From: Octopus vulgaris
Taxonomy: Eukaryota
DNA length: 64,000 bases
Direction of reading: 5' to 3'
Assembly: GCA_951406725.2 (NCBI GenBank)
Contig: OX597823.1
Location: 71,362,001-71,426,000 of the forward strand
In this document: positions 48,624-62,653 of the stretch, piece after piece
How positions within the stretch are numbered: position 1 is the stretch's first letter
How the letters are laid out: every line of letters begins with the position of its first letter
Position numbers and translations under genes: made by a program
The notes under the pieces: generated by a model
What the model saw: only the letters and a program-made list of their open reading frames with translations
Told to the model about the DNA's origin: nothing
The model's database searches: none

Positions 48624-49631
48624 GTAATTTCTCTATCATTTACTCTGTTGTTTGCTGTTTCAAATTCTTTATGCTATGTAAAATTTTATCTGATAAAAAA
48701 ACTTAGTGTTATTTGTTTAGAGAAGAAAACAGGGTCCTAGTATACTTACTTTCTGCTTCAGCACTACAGGGACACAATTTGCATGAAGGATAAAAGCTGT
48801 TAACATAATTAATGAAGAGGGTATTACAAGGGTAATTAGAAATAAATAGGCAATAAGCAAAAAAAGAAAAATGTTAGTCAATGGCAAGTATTATATTATT
48901 TCAGTTAATATGGGATAATTCTATTGACGTAGTTCAATCATATTATGACCTCATCAGGAAAGTAAAGACTTCACTTTACTTGAAAAAAAAAAGGGTTTCA
49001 GTCTTTCTAGATGCAACCCATGGTCATTCATGCCTGAAGGGGGTTCATAGCACAACATTCGTATATATGTATACATGTATGTATTATGTATGTATATAGT
49101 ATGGAAAATGGCCATTGAATGACGATGATATGTTTGTGTGTGTTTCCTTGTCTTGGCATTGCATGATAGCTGTGAATAAACGTCACTGTCTTATAAGCAG
49201 TGTCTTGCATTTCCAATAGTCATGTCATAAGGAAATATTACCTTACTTGGAAACTTGTGCGGACTAGCAATAGGATGGACATCCAACCATATAAAAACTG
49301 CTTCGTATAAACTCCATCTGACCCATGCAGGCATGGAAAAGAAGATGTATATATAAAAGTATTGGGACCTGCTTTCTTTTCTAAAGCAACATATATATAC
49401 ACACCTACACATGTATTCATATGGTCTCTGGTTGAAGCTTAGGAAGCTAGGAAATGAGAATAGTCTAAAGTGTGTTTTGATTTTAAATTCTGAGAATATT
49501 ACCAAAATACAAAATGTGCCAGAAGCCTGTAGGGTACTAGACCGAAACCTATCTATCATACAAGTATATAATCAATATTAATAATAATTTCTAATTTCAG
49601 AAATTCTGATAATATACATATATATATATAT

Positions 49632-50350
49632 GTGGGGTCATCTCATAAATAATACGTTTTTTTATGCTTCTTTTATTTTTGAAAATTAAGATAAACAAGG
49701 TTCTTTTTTAATCTAAAACATACTCTCCTTTCTTTTCTACAATGCTCTTCAACCTGTCTGGTAGTCTTGCAAGACTCCTCTCCTAAAATGTCTACAGAAT
49801 TCATATTTTTTCCGTCCAAATAATTTTGAAGACTGTGGAATAAATGATAAGTATTGTCTGGCAAATATGGTGGGTGGGGTATCGGTTCTCATTCAAACTG
49901 CTCCAGTTTTTGGAATGTCATCCTCACTGTATGTGGCCAAGCATTATCCTGATGGAAGAACACCTTTTGTCTTGAAACCAAAGATGGTCATTTTTCTTCT
50001 AGCGCTAACTTATGCCACTCAAGCTGCTCACACTAGATCTCTTTTGTCATCATTTGGTTTGGGTTTAAAAGTTCAAAGTGGACTAAAGCTTTCATATCCC
50101 ACCAAACAGATAACAACACCTTAAATGGGTGAAGATCTTCCTTAGCTTGGGGTGCTGGTTTTTCTCCTTTCCTTACTGTATTTGGCGTTTGACATTTTTA
50201 TAGAGAACCCATTTCTCGTCACCAGTGAGACATGATGGTAAAGAAAAGCACACATTCATTCTCTGCATGTGATTAGACTCGGAAAGTTTATGAGGAACCT
50301 AATGACCCAATTTGCTGACTTTTCCAATGTCACACATGTGTCGATGAATA
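49632..50350 (-). mobile_element. mariner (DD34D-type) fragment
   Basis: - strand YHLFHSLQNYLDGK and a DNAxPH-like segment; TIR-like end next to (TA)n. Confidence 0.65.
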
Positions 50351-50874
50351 GTTGGCACAGTTAATCAGTGTTGTCACCTATTCAAAGGCTTCCTTATGAG
50401 CCAAAAGAGACAAAGAGATGGGAGTGACAGTAGGGGAAAGAAAAAGTATGAGGGTCCTTTATCAGTGAACAACCCAAATTAGTGTTGGTGAAAGTGTCAA
50501 ATATTTGCAGTGGCATCCTCAGTTACACTGGAGGCAATGTATGCTGGGTAGAAAAGATCCACTCCTGTCCTTAGTCATACCAGTGGCATAGTACAGTGAG
50601 ATTGGGACGAGGAGTAAGTGTTGAGAAATAAGCAATAAGAGAGTGGATGTAGGAGGCAGGAAGGATAAAGGCATTGGTGAAAGAAACATGGGTAACAGTA
50701 CTAAGGGTAATAAGCAAATGAGTGATAAATGGTTGTGTGATGAGAAAAGGTGAGATGGAGGGGTGAGTGATAAGAGTGTAAGAAGGGTGAGAAATTATCA
50801 AACAGGTCAATGATATAGACCTGACTGTATGCTAATATGCATACATATATACTTGCACACATATGCATATTTGT

Positions 50875-51025
50875 TTCTTTATTATCCAGAAGGGGCTAAA
50901 CATAGAGGGGGCAAACAAGGACAGACAAATGGATTAAGTCGATTACATCGACCCCAGTGCGTAACTGGTACTTAATTTATCAACCCCGAAAGGATGAAAA
51001 GCAAAGTCTCTGCCAGCTTGCCACC
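50875..51025 (-). mobile_element. SINE family B fragment
   Basis: Reverse complement of the 24250-24370 segment. Confidence 0.7.
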
Positions 51026-51169
51026 CTTTGCACACATATGCATATGTATACCCAAGAATCATGAACTTGCATCTTCTCATCTTCATTAACATTAGTTTGT
51101 GGATCATAATAATGTTTTTGTTTTTCCAGATTTTATTTACCTTTATCGTGTTGTTGCTACTGCAATTAG

Positions 51170-51460
51170 CCCCCGTTCAATGTATTTCTTCAACAAGTCA
51201 TGACAGTAACCCAAGCTGATTTTGAGGGCACATTGAAGATTGGTGGGAAATTGGTCTCTAATCTAAGACATGGAGAGATCATTGATTCATTAGCAGATTC
51301 TAAAAGTGGATTATCTGCTATCAAGAGACTTGATATTCCCTGTGAATGTGGTATGGAAAGCAACTGTGAAGATGCAATCCAAATCAATGAAATTCATCTG
51401 CAATCATTAGATACATTAACTTACTTTGGTTTTCTAATCAATTTTGACATGAAAAACTGA
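51170..51460 (+). mobile_element. Degraded BovB/RTE-type RT fragment
   Basis: ORF 51200-51460 FEGTLKIGGKLVSNLRHGEIIDSLA...GME..N...LTYFG resembles GxKIGGxxINNLRYADD...GMEIN...FxYLG; catalytic DD lost. Confidence 0.6.
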
Positions 51461-51629
51461 GACAATTTGCAATACTAACAGCATAATTTAGAATACACCT
51501 GCCGTCAAATAGTTCCTGCATTTTAAACTATAAATTCTAACAACCACCCCAAAGTTTTCACTCAGTTAAAAAGTTCACGTGAAACGAAACATAGTGCTAT
51601 CAGCAATGAATCATTTAAATCTAATATAT

Positions 51630-52034
51630 GATGAGATCGCTGCCAGAGCAACAAGCTGGCCTTCGTGCCGATGGCACGTTAAACACACCATTCGAGCATG
51701 ATCATTACCGCATCGCCTTACTAGCACTTGTGCTGGTGGCACGTGAAACATTCGAGTGAAGTCATCGCCAGTGCTGCTGGACTGGCTCCTGTGCAGGTGG
51801 CACATAAAAAGCACCATTCGGGCATGGCCATTGCCAGCACCACCAAACTGGCCCTCGTGCTGGTGGCATGTAAAAGCACTCACTACACTCTCGGAGTGGT
51901 TGGCGTTAGGAAGGGCATCCAGCTGTAGAAACTCTGCCAGGTCAGATTGGAGTCTGGTTCACCAGACCTCAGTCAAATCGTCCAACGCATGCTAGCATGG
52001 AAAGCGGATCTTAAATGATGATGATGATAATGAT
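51630..52034 (+). mobile_element. RTE 3' tail
   Basis: Repeat units plus the shared tail and (GAT)n. Confidence 0.85.
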
Positions 52035-52299
52035 GGTAGTCCAAGGAAGACAATTCTGCAATTTCTTGATGAACAACCTGCACAAATGACTTATTTCTAG
52101 GGAATGGTTGTAATGTACATTAGCTCACTCCTTCCATTAAATCAATATTACCTGAACGAATTGCATGCTGTTCCACATGGTGTCAGATGTTGCATGGTGT
52201 TCCACTATATGTCAGATGCTGAAGTTATCACAGAACAATGTCAGATGAAGTGCTTTGTTCAAGAAGTCACAACAAACCACCTGGGCCAGGAATCTTATG

Positions 52300-52630
52300 T
52301 ATAGTCCGAGCACTCTGTCGGTTACAACGATGAGGATCCCAGCTGATACAGTCAACAGAACAGCTTGCTCATGAAATTAATGTGCAAGTGGCTGAGCACT
52401 TTGCAGACAGGTGTACCCTTAATGTAGTTCTCAGGGAGATTCAGCGTGACATAGTGTAACAAAACTGGCCCTTTGAAATACAGGTACAACTCATTTTTGT
52501 CAGCTGAGTGGGCTGGAGCAATGTGAAATAAAGTGTCTTGCTCAAGGACACAATGCATCACTGGGAATTGAACTCATGATCTTATAATCCTGAGTGGAAT
52601 ACCCTAACCACTAAGCCATGTGCCTTCACA
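52300..52630 (-). mobile_element. tRNA-derived SINE family C
   Basis: Reverse complement: tggcttagtggttaggg...gagttcaattccc...tccttgagcaagacactttatttcacattgctccagcccactcagctg. Confidence 0.75.
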
Positions 52631-53853
52631 ATCTAATATATAATAGTAATTTAAATGTCTAATTTTGAGGCCATTGATTGAATGTGACTTCTAATTTATA
52701 ACTAGTCTTTCAAATATATATGATGCATATAGGAAGGATGGATGAACAGATGGATGGATTCTTGTTGTTGGATTTTGATTAATTCCTTTCTTCAGGTACA
52801 ATAGAAAATTTTAAGAAGGATAAAAGTAGAACAATAAAATTAGAACTTTCCATGCATTAAACAAGTTTAGAAATTCGAAAACTGCATAATCAAAGCAAAT
52901 ACGTTTGACTCAAACAGAATCCAGAAAAAAATAATGTAAATAATGCAAAATAATAATTGTTTCTAACATGAGGATAGAGCAAGAAATTTGTGGGAAGGGT
53001 GTTAGTCAAATCAACCCCAGCACTTGACTAACTTTATTTCACGAACCCCAGAGAGATGAAAGGCAATGTTTATCTCAACAGGATTTGAAAACAGAGCTGA
53101 AAGAAATGCTGCAAAGTACTTTTTCTGATGTTATAAGAATTCTACCAACTTACTGCCTTATCAGTGTTTCTGATTTAGATAAAAGACCATCACATTTGAA
53201 AGGAAGTGTTAGTTAATACCATCAACCCACTACATAACCAATACTTTATTTTATTGATCCCAAAAAGGATGAAAGGCAAGGTAAACCTCAGTGAGATCTG
53301 AATTCAGAATGTATGGCAGTATAGAGTCAGTGATAGTGGCTGAGCAAAGACATGCTTGTTCAAGATCACAGATATAAAGGTTATTAGGATGTTTTAGATG
53401 ATGCCAAAAAGGTACTAAAGAGGAGCATTGAAACAAAAACAGGGGAAAAAAATAAAAGAAAAAATAAAGAAAAGTAGGGGAGGTTTCAATAAGAATAAAG
53501 GAATGAAAGAGATAAGAAATATAACACGTGGTATGGATTGAGGTTTTAAGTTTGCTAGTATGTATTTGTTCATGTGGGGACACCAAGTAAATATGTTATT
53601 GTTTGAGTTGAAAACAGATATTTGAATATTTAAAGTTTCCAGAATGTGTGTCCTATCAGACAGGACTAGTGCTCCTAGGTTCTGTTTATATAAGCTTTTG
53701 TTTTCCTTTTGATACTGTTGATAATGTTTTTGTCTTTTCATTGACTAAATATTGCCTGTCAATATCATAGCTGTTTGCTTGTCTAGACGTTTGAAAGATG
53801 ACTAATAGTTATAGAATGTTTGTTTAAATCAGCCATCTGTGCATGAGCGATCA

Positions 53854-54017
<164 letters not shown>

Positions 54018-54053
54018 TGCCTTCCTGATATTTCTTACATTATTTCCTTACAG

Positions 54054-54255
54054 TGAACACTGCATATTTTGGAAATTTGATGCTTTTTGCAAGAGACTTG
54101 AAAAGATCCAAGAGACTATTGACACAATAAACGTATTTCTTCTTATGAAAGATATCAAAATTGATGGCATAGAGTCTGTTTTGGTGAAAAACAAGACGAT
54201 TATAGAAACGATGAAGAAAAAGAATTATGACATATTTGATTACAGAAATAATGAG
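54054..54255 (+). CDS. DNAH5: Dynein heavy chain exon (EHCIFWKFDAFCKRLEKIQ...IDGIE...KKKNYDIFDYRNNE)
   Basis: ccttacag acceptor, GAG|gtaatg donor, 202 bp phase 2-0; resembles recalled EMYIFGKFETFHRRLAKI...IEGLE...KKKEYNFLDQRK. Confidence 0.95.
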
Positions 54256-54427
54256 GTAATGAAATACACTTAGAATTATTTACTGTTGATATATGCTTAT
54301 GTGGTGATTATTGAATCCCACATTGATAAAACAGAGGATTTCATCTCAATCTCTTGACTATTCTTTCATAGCCCGAGGAAATTATTTTGTGAATCAGTTG
54401 CTTGAGATACATCTGACATCACTAGTA

Positions 54428-54837
54428 TACTCTTTACTCTTTTACTTGTTTCAGTCATTTGACTGTGGCCATGCTGGAGCACCGCCTTTAGTCGAGCAAA
54501 TCGACCCCAGGACTCATTCTTTGTAAGCCTAGTACTTATTCTATCGGTTGCTTTTGCCAAACTGCTAAGTTACAGTGAGGTAAACACACCACCATCGGTT
54601 GTCAAGCAATGTTGGGTGTCAAACACAGACACACAAACATATACACACACACACATATATATATACATATATATGAAGAGCTTCTTTCAGTTTCCGTCTA
54701 CCAAATCCACTCACAAGGCTTTGGTTGACCTGAGGCTATAGTAGAAGACACTTGCCCAAGGTGCCCCACAGTGGGACTGAACTCGGAACTATGTGGTTCG
54801 TAAACAAGCTGCTTACCACACAGCCACTCCTACGCCT
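54428..54837 (-). mobile_element. tRNA-derived SINE family A, full length
   Basis: Colinear with 11977-12374. Confidence 0.88.
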
Positions 54838-54924
54838 ATGTATACTTAGAATAAGTAGAAGATTCCTTTTTCTATAATTTATCATTGTAATTATAGGCTA
54901 CATCCCCTGATGAAGAGGATTGGC

Positions 54925-55190
54925 CTGTAAGAGTCTTGTGCTGGTGCCACATAAAGAGCACTAATACTGGTGCCATATAAAAGCACTCATGCCAGTAGCA
55001 CATTCAAAGAACCCAGCACACACTGTAAAGTGAATGGTGTTAGGAAGGGCACCTTGCTGCAGAAACTAAGCCAAATCAGGCTGGAATCTGGTGCAGCTCC
55101 CCAACTTGTCAGCTCTGGTCAAACTGTCCAATCCATGCCAGCATGGAAAGCAGACGATAAAGGTTGATGATGGTGATGACGACGACGACA
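54925..55190 (+). mobile_element. Diverged RTE 3' tail
   Basis: ggtgttaggaagggcacc...aatccatgccagcatggaaagcagacg...gatgatggtgatgac. Confidence 0.65.
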
Positions 55191-55416
55191 ATGAAATCAT
55201 TTTTTTGTCTACACATATATCATAGCAACATGGTCTATTGAAAAGTTCTCTGTTAATCTAGTTTTGAATCTGATTTTAAATTTGCTGCTTCCTTAGAGAG
55301 AATATTAATGAGCTGATATTTTCACTGGCTCTTCTCAGTATGTTTGGGCTCCGTGCCTATGAACTTAATAAATTATACATACTCTTTTACTTCATATACG
55401 ATCACATAAATTAAGG

Positions 55417-57928
55417 CAGTGTTTCCCAAACTTTTCGTGCCAAATTGCAATATCACTCACCTGTCAACCAAAAAATGCTCCATTGCCCACCTGTATAAAA
55501 AAACCTGACACAATCGACTGCATCAATTTCAAATCGCTTACTATACCAGTTTGGAAATATTCAATGCAATAACATCTTGAAATCGCTCCACCATGTTGTC
55601 ATACAATGATTATAAATAGTTATAATATGTTGTTAAATCCTCATCAGTCAATTCATCTTTCAAAGAATCAAGGTGTGGAAATTGATGGAATTGATATTTT
55701 GAAATGTTAGTCTTATACAGCACCAATTTCGAAATGAAGCTTGTGATAAGCGATTTACAATTGAGAGTTATTCTGTTTCCTTGCAATAACTTATTCAAAT
55801 CACTTAATTTTATGAAAAGAGATATCGTACTTTGCAGCCATCAATGAAGTGGATAGCAGAGTATCTTCAAAGAAAGATATGATTATATGAAACAGTTCAA
55901 CAAAGTATAAAACACAGTTTCCTTTTGACAGCCTCTGCACTTTGGTATGGTATAAGAGTTTAGTATATTCCTCATCATTTCTTAGACAGAGTTGACAGAA
56001 AATTCACTCTGACAAGGGACTGGACTTCAATTTGTTCACAGTCTTGATAACTAATTGTAGTGCATCATTCAATCTGTCCTACATATTTTTTGCCACTAAA
56101 TGCTGCCAGTGTACCAAGCAATGAACAGTTAGTATCTGGTGGTAAATTTCATGCTTTAGGAGAGACAAAAAACCTCTGTATCTTCCTATCATCAAAGGAG
56201 CTCCATCAGATGCACAGGCAAGAATATTACTGAGTAGGATATTATGTTCAAAAAGGAAAGACTTGAGTGAGTGAAAAATAGTTGCACCTTTTGAATCTAG
56301 CAGAAATTTCTCTGTGAACAGCATTTCCTCACAAGGTCAAAGGTCTTTGCTGAAATGCCAAATATATACAACATCAAACAGTGATTGTCCACAACAGTTG
56401 ACTCATCCACTTGTATAGAAAATCCAGAACGCTGGAGAGTATTTAATGAGCTGATATTTGACATCGTTGGCCATTTCATTGATGCATCGAGAAATCGTGT
56501 TGTGGGATCAGAAGATCGTCCACTTAGTAACAACATGATTTCTCAATATTATCAGGTTTTTCGTGCATAATGGTTGACAAAACCCCTTCAACATGGTCGA
56601 AGTCAATTGTGTGAGACTTCCCAGACTTAGCAACAAGCCATGCAATGTTGTACGATGCAATCAACCCATCATTCTCCTGCTTACTAGTTTTCTGAAGTAG
56701 TGTGCTGAATGTTTGTGTTTTCTTTTGAAAGAGGCACTCCGTTGCAAAAAGTATGATAATGGCTTTTCCTTCTACTCAGAATGCTTTGCATCAAAGTGAT
56801 ACTTCAAGTGTGAAGGTTTCATTACTTTGCTGGTCTATGTTTGATGGTAAAGAAGGCACTTTGGTAACTGACAGTTCTGAGGAGAGGAAATAAATCCAAA
56901 TGATAAATAATCCCTACTGTACTCTCTTTACTCTCTCTTTTACTTGTTTCAGTCATTTGACTGTGGCCATGCTGGAGCACCGCCTTTAATCAAGCAACTT
57001 GACCCCGGGACTTATTCTTTTGTTAGCCCAGTACTTATTCTATCGGTCTCTTTTGCCGAACTGCTAAGTAACGGAGACATAAACACACCAGCATCGGTTG
57101 TCAAGCAATGCTAGGGGGACAAACACAGACACACAAAGACACACACGCATATATATATATACATATATAAGATGGGCTTCTTTCAGTTTCCGTCTACCAA
57201 ATCCACTCACAAGGCTTTGGTTGGCCCGAGGCTATAGTAGAAGACACTTGCCCAAGGTGCCCCGCAGTGGGACTGATCCCAGAACCATGTGGTTGGTAAA
57301 CAAGCTACTTACCACACAGCCACTCCTGCACCTACTGTTGATAAATTTCCTTGACTGGAGGCATCAGTAAAGTGAAAATGTGAAAATGAATTTCTATGAA
57401 CAGTGTCAGAAAGGCGGTATGGTATTCCCAAAGAGAAGAAGAAGTCAACAGAGCAGAATCAGATGGCACGTCTTTACTGGAGCAAATACAGGTCTAGTTT
57501 GTTTGGCTGCCAGCATTTCAAGAATTAAAGTTCATTCAACTTTTTTCAGAAAAATGTTTTTAAAAAGTTGTTTTCTTTTTGAAAAGAAACACAATTTCAA
57601 AGGTGTCATTTCGTGGATGACTGCACATTGTGTTAGCATCCTGAAAATAGCACTTGTGTTTTGATATGAAACTGTAGAATTATGCACTACATATAACCCC
57701 TCATAACTCTTATTTTTCGGAGTTTTCAGAAAATTTTTGCGAATTTGTATTCTGCATGCAGGACTTCATACAATTATGTAAAAAAAAAAAAAATTGTCAC
57801 CCACAAAATGTTCACATCACCCACCAAAATCTCAAATTATCCACCATTTTCTAGAAATTCACCCATTACCCACCTGTTAGTTGAAATTGCCCACTGGTGG
57901 GCAATATTGCCCACTTTGGGAAGCTATG
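55417..57928 (-). mobile_element. hAT (Charlie/ZBED8/SCAND3-like) DNA transposon, decayed, with a nested SINE
   Basis: TIR-like ends cagtgtttcccaaact / actttgggaagctatg; 8-bp TSD aattaagg / aactaagg; - strand fragments FSIQVDEST, CASDGAPLMIG and VHCLVHWQHL. Confidence 0.85.
56921..57333 (-). mobile_element. tRNA-derived SINE family A nested in the hAT element
   Basis: Full-length copy; (cct)actgt repeated at both junctions. Confidence 0.88.
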
Positions 57929-58418
57929 AACTAAGGCATTGATACATTCATAGCTTACATACATTAAAATATTAACATTATAGCTGTTAAAATTCATAAT
58001 GGAAAACCTGTCACATGTGGCTCTGCTTTTAAAAGATGAAAACATTCCATTTGACAACAACTTATTAATATTTTATCATTCATGTGAAACTAGTCGATGT
58101 AGACAGTGCTGCTTTGGAAAACATCTAACTTAAATACCAACACATTTGTGTGAAATCCCATACATGACCTGAACTTTCTCTTGATAAATAATTGGCTTTA
58201 AAATTTTGCTTAAACTAAAACTAAATCTCTTTATGTCACATTTCTTCTATTTATTGGGCAAGTTCTAAACATGTCACAACTAGCATTTACAAATAATATG
58301 CAAATGCTTGGTGATATCTGCACAAAACCCTCTACTGTGTCAAATCAAAGAATTGCAGAAATACACAGACACACAGACACACAGACACACAGACACACAC
58401 ACAGACACACACACACAC

Positions 58419-58469
<51 letters not shown>

Positions 58470-58734
58470 TGCAATGGGTTTCTTCGTTTACTGTCTACCA
58501 ATTTAATTCACAAAGTATTGGTTAACTTGGGGCTCCATTAGAAGACAAGTCAACAACAGTGTCCATGTGGTGAGACTGAGCCCTGAACCATGTGGTTCTG
58601 AACTGAACTTCTTAAACACACACACACATGCACACATGTGTTAGCACGTGCAAGAATAGCATCAAAGAGTAGTAGAAATGTACTCATACATGTGATCACA
58701 CATACATATACAATGAAATATCATCAAATAATGG

Positions 58735-59045
58735 TGGAGGCGCGATGGCCCAGTGGTTAGGGCAGCGGATTCATGGTCGGAGGATCGCGGTTTCATGTCC
58801 CAGACCAGGCATTGTGTGTGTTTATTGAGCGAAAACACCTAAAGCTCCACGAGGCTCCAGCAGGGGGTGGTGGCAACCCCTGTTGTACTCTTTCGCTCCA
58901 ACTTTCTCTCACTCTTTCTTCCTGTTTCTTGAGTAATGCTGCGATGGACTGGCATCCTGTCCAGCTGGTGGGGAACAGATATGCCATAGAACCCAGAAAA
59001 ACAGGAGCCTGACTAGGCTTGGAAAGGGTGCATAAATAATAAATA
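58735..59045 (+). mobile_element. tRNA-derived SINE (family C subgroup)
   Basis: Near-identical to 46991-47310. Confidence 0.8.
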
Positions 59046-59288
59046 AATCATCAAATAATACAACATAGCAAAGAGGAGAAAGAAAGGTAGGGATATTCTT
59101 CCTTATCTAATACATTTTAAAAATTGAAAGCACATGATATAAGCTTAGAGCTATGGAACTCTTTTCTGGGGTGAGGATGGGTGGCTAAAGATGTTTTGAT
59201 CAGTTATCTCCAAGCCATGGGTTTTTTGAAGAAAACTGAGCTACAGTAATTCAACAAATTCATGACTTGACACTTCTTATGAAAATAT

Positions 59289-59693
59289 ACTCTCTTTACT
59301 CTTTACTTGTTTCAGTCATTTGACTGTGGCCATGCAGGGGCACCAGCTTTAGTCGAGCAAATTGACCCCAGTACTTATTCTTTGTAAGCCTAGAACTTAT
59401 TCTATCAGTCTCTTTTGCTGAACCGCTAAGTTACGAGGATGTAAACACATCAGCATCGGTTGTCAAGTGATGTTGGGAGGACAAACACAGACGCACAAAC
59501 ATATACACACACATACATACACATATATACAACGGGCTTCTTTCAGTTTCCGTCTACCAAATCCACTCACAAGGCTTTGGTCGGCCCGAAGCTATAGTAG
59601 AAGACACTTGCCCAAAGTGCTATGCAGTGGGACTGAACCCAGAACCGTGTGGTTGGTAAGCAAGCTACTTACCACACAGCCACTCCTGCACCT
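59289..59693 (-). mobile_element. tRNA-derived SINE family A, full length
   Basis: Colinear with other copies. Confidence 0.88.
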
Positions 59694-60279
59694 ATACATA
59701 GATACACATTTGTGATCATGAACCACATAAATCTCTTCTATGAATCTCGTTTTGCTATTCAAAATTACTGGCTTTATTTTGTGATTGCTTTCTTGTTTAT
59801 TCATCTCTATTTCTCATCCCATCATTCCTCAGAACTAGATATACCTTTCACAGCAATCAGTGTTCCATAACTATACATGAACCAACTATTATTTCAACAG
59901 TTCTGCATTAGTTACATTTTCATATAGTCTCCTAAATGATCAGATTGTTAGTTTTACTTTAAATTCTTATATAATCAACTCCTAAAACCCACTAAATATA
60001 CAAATTTCTTAGTGAAGATCCATCGTCAGAATGAACAGGAGCCTATTTCTCTGGTAAGCACCTACAAAGACTGCTTTATCAACAGCTGCAGAATTCCATA
60101 TTTTTTCTACCTTAGTTTGTGACTGGAGTCCTGGTAAGCATAAGATTCAAGACACTCATCTGTATAGACAGACATTGAATTGACTTGCATAAAGATATTA
60201 AAGTGGTTGTCAACAGAATCTCATGACTTATTGATTCATCTGCCCCTCCTTATGAAACTAATAACATAATGCTATTAGT

Positions 60280-60436
60280 AGGAGTGGCTGTGTGGTAAGT
60301 AGCTTACTTGCCAACCACATGGTTCCGTGTTCAGTCCCACTGCGTGGCATCTTGGGCAAGTGTCTTCTACTATAGCTTCGGGCCGACCAAAGCCTTGTGA
60401 GTGGATTTGGTAGACGGAAACAGAAAGAAGCCCATC

Positions 60437-60506
<70 letters not shown>

Positions 60507-60715
60507 TTGTGTGTTTATGTTTGTTCCCCCAACATTCCTTGACAACCAATGCTGGTGTGTTTACGTCCCCGTAACTTAGCAGTTCTGCAAAAGAGACCAA
60601 TAGAATAAGTATTAGGCTTACAAAGAATAAGTCCCGGGGTCGTTTTGCTCGACTAAAGGTGATGCTCCAGCATGGCCATCGTCAAATGACTGAAACAAGT
60701 AAAAGAGTAAATAAG
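60280..60715 (+). mobile_element. tRNA-derived SINE family A, full length
   Basis: aggagtggctgtgtggtaag...gttcagtcccactgcgtggc...(TA)n(TG)n...tgactgaaacaagtaaaagagt. Confidence 0.88.
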
Positions 60716-61001
60716 AATGACAATAAATGGAAGAGTTTCCTTTTTAAGGCAAACGTTTGTAGAATTTGGTCCTATCTGGACTTCACTCACTAATATTCTA
60801 GGTACAGATCTTATTCTCTTTTCAGACAAAAATCATTCATCTTCTACTTCTAACCCATATCAGCTATCAAAATTACACTATTTAATCCTTTTGTCATAAA
60901 TCCTATTGAGGCAATTCTTGGTTCTATCATTCTTATTTTGTAGTGATCTAAATAAAAACTTCCCATCAAAATTTTATTGTTAATTCATTTTCTAAATACC
61001 T

Positions 61002-61234
61002 ATTTCTTTATTACCCACAAGGGGCTAAACATAGAGGGGACAAACAAGGACAGACATAGGTATTAAGTCAATTACATCGACCCCAGTGCATAACTGGTAC
61101 TTAATTTATCGATCCCCGAAAGGATGAAAGGCAAAGTCGACCTCAGCGGAATTTGAACTCAGAATGTAGCGGCAGGCAAAATACCGCTAAGCATTTCACC
61201 TGGCATGCTAACGATTCTGCCAGCTCGCCGCCTT
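61002..61234 (-). mobile_element. SINE family B, full length
   Basis: Reverse complement of aaggcggcgagctggcagaatcgttagc... with the Nin-like core. Confidence 0.82.
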
Positions 61235-61963
61235 TTCTAAGTACCAGCTTAGTAATGACGAAGTTATTTTATAAATACTTCATTGTTTTCAAAAGTTACA
61301 TGTTTTAATAGAAATATGGTAAGGAAAGGGTTGAATGTTCTGCTGAAATGCAGCTTTTAATATTTACATAAAATCCACTCTTTTCACTACTGTACAATCT
61401 TAGAGTTTCAACAACTTCAAGCTCTCTACTACTCCCACACCTGAGACAAATCTACAGCATTCTAGACCACATTCAAAGAAAGGCTATTTGAGTGATCGGC
61501 ATGAAGTTACTCACAAACACGTTCCAGCTTTTGTCCACATATGAGTCATAATCCTCTCTCTCTCTGTCTTTCCTCTTCACTAGTAACATGGTCTTGGAGC
61601 CAAGTAGTTTTATGTCACTTCCACTCAGATACTTCTGACTCACTTATATTTCCACCTCTTCATCCATATTATTTCCAAACCTGCAACCCCATCTTATTAA
61701 CTATTACACTTTCGCTTTCCTTCTTTCCCAGAACATTGTTAAGCTGAAATCCTCCATGGTATAATCAACTTGCCATTGACTTAAGTAGAACATTAACGGT
61801 GTCAATCTCAAGAGAATCTGCAAAGGCCATGGCCACAGTTTTTTTTACCCCAAAACAAACTAATTGAAAGAAAACCTCTTCCTCAAAATTATCTTCTGCT
61901 TTGGTATTCCCCAAACCTCTCCAAGCCTTATCAGCAATTTGACTCACTCTCAACATCGAAGAC

Positions 61964-62045
<82 letters not shown>

Positions 62046-62653
62046 ACTTTCACCCTTCTTTGTTGTAGTTAGAGACTACATTATATACAACTTCTCTTGA
62101 CTTTCACATCCTCCAGCACTGATGCTGTTGGGTTTGAGATTAAATTCTTGGCTATTTCAATTGTCAACTTAGTAACCACACCTACATGAATCCCTAACAG
62201 ACACACTTCATCTCACTTCATCTCACTTTGCCATCTCAAAATCCAGTCTTTACTCAAGCTTTACTGTCTCAATATCCATCAGAATGTATGATCATTGCTT
62301 AAATCACATCATCCATGTACTTCACAAAATTTCTTTCAAAATCTTTTTCTTTGTACCTTCAGCTTCACACACAATTACCACATGCAAAACCTCAGAACAA
62401 TTTAGCTCTAAAAAAGCAAGTGTTCCTGATGCAACCTAAACACCTGACTCATTACAAACACTGATTTCATGACAAGAGTCCCTGAAAGCATCCTTCAACA
62501 AACATATGACAATCTAATCAACACCACATAAGCACAATAACTACAGCAAGCAAGAATCAGTCTTGCACCTTGATTTAAAAGAAAATTTAGTAATATTTTC
62601 AAGATTGGTAATTCACAAAATGACAGCCTGTTCTACTAAGCTATTTAAAATTA

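Noticed and set aside
61330-62560. Possible CR1/Jockey-like RT remnant
   Set aside because: Only faint similarity around 61800-61960; too decayed to support as a feature.
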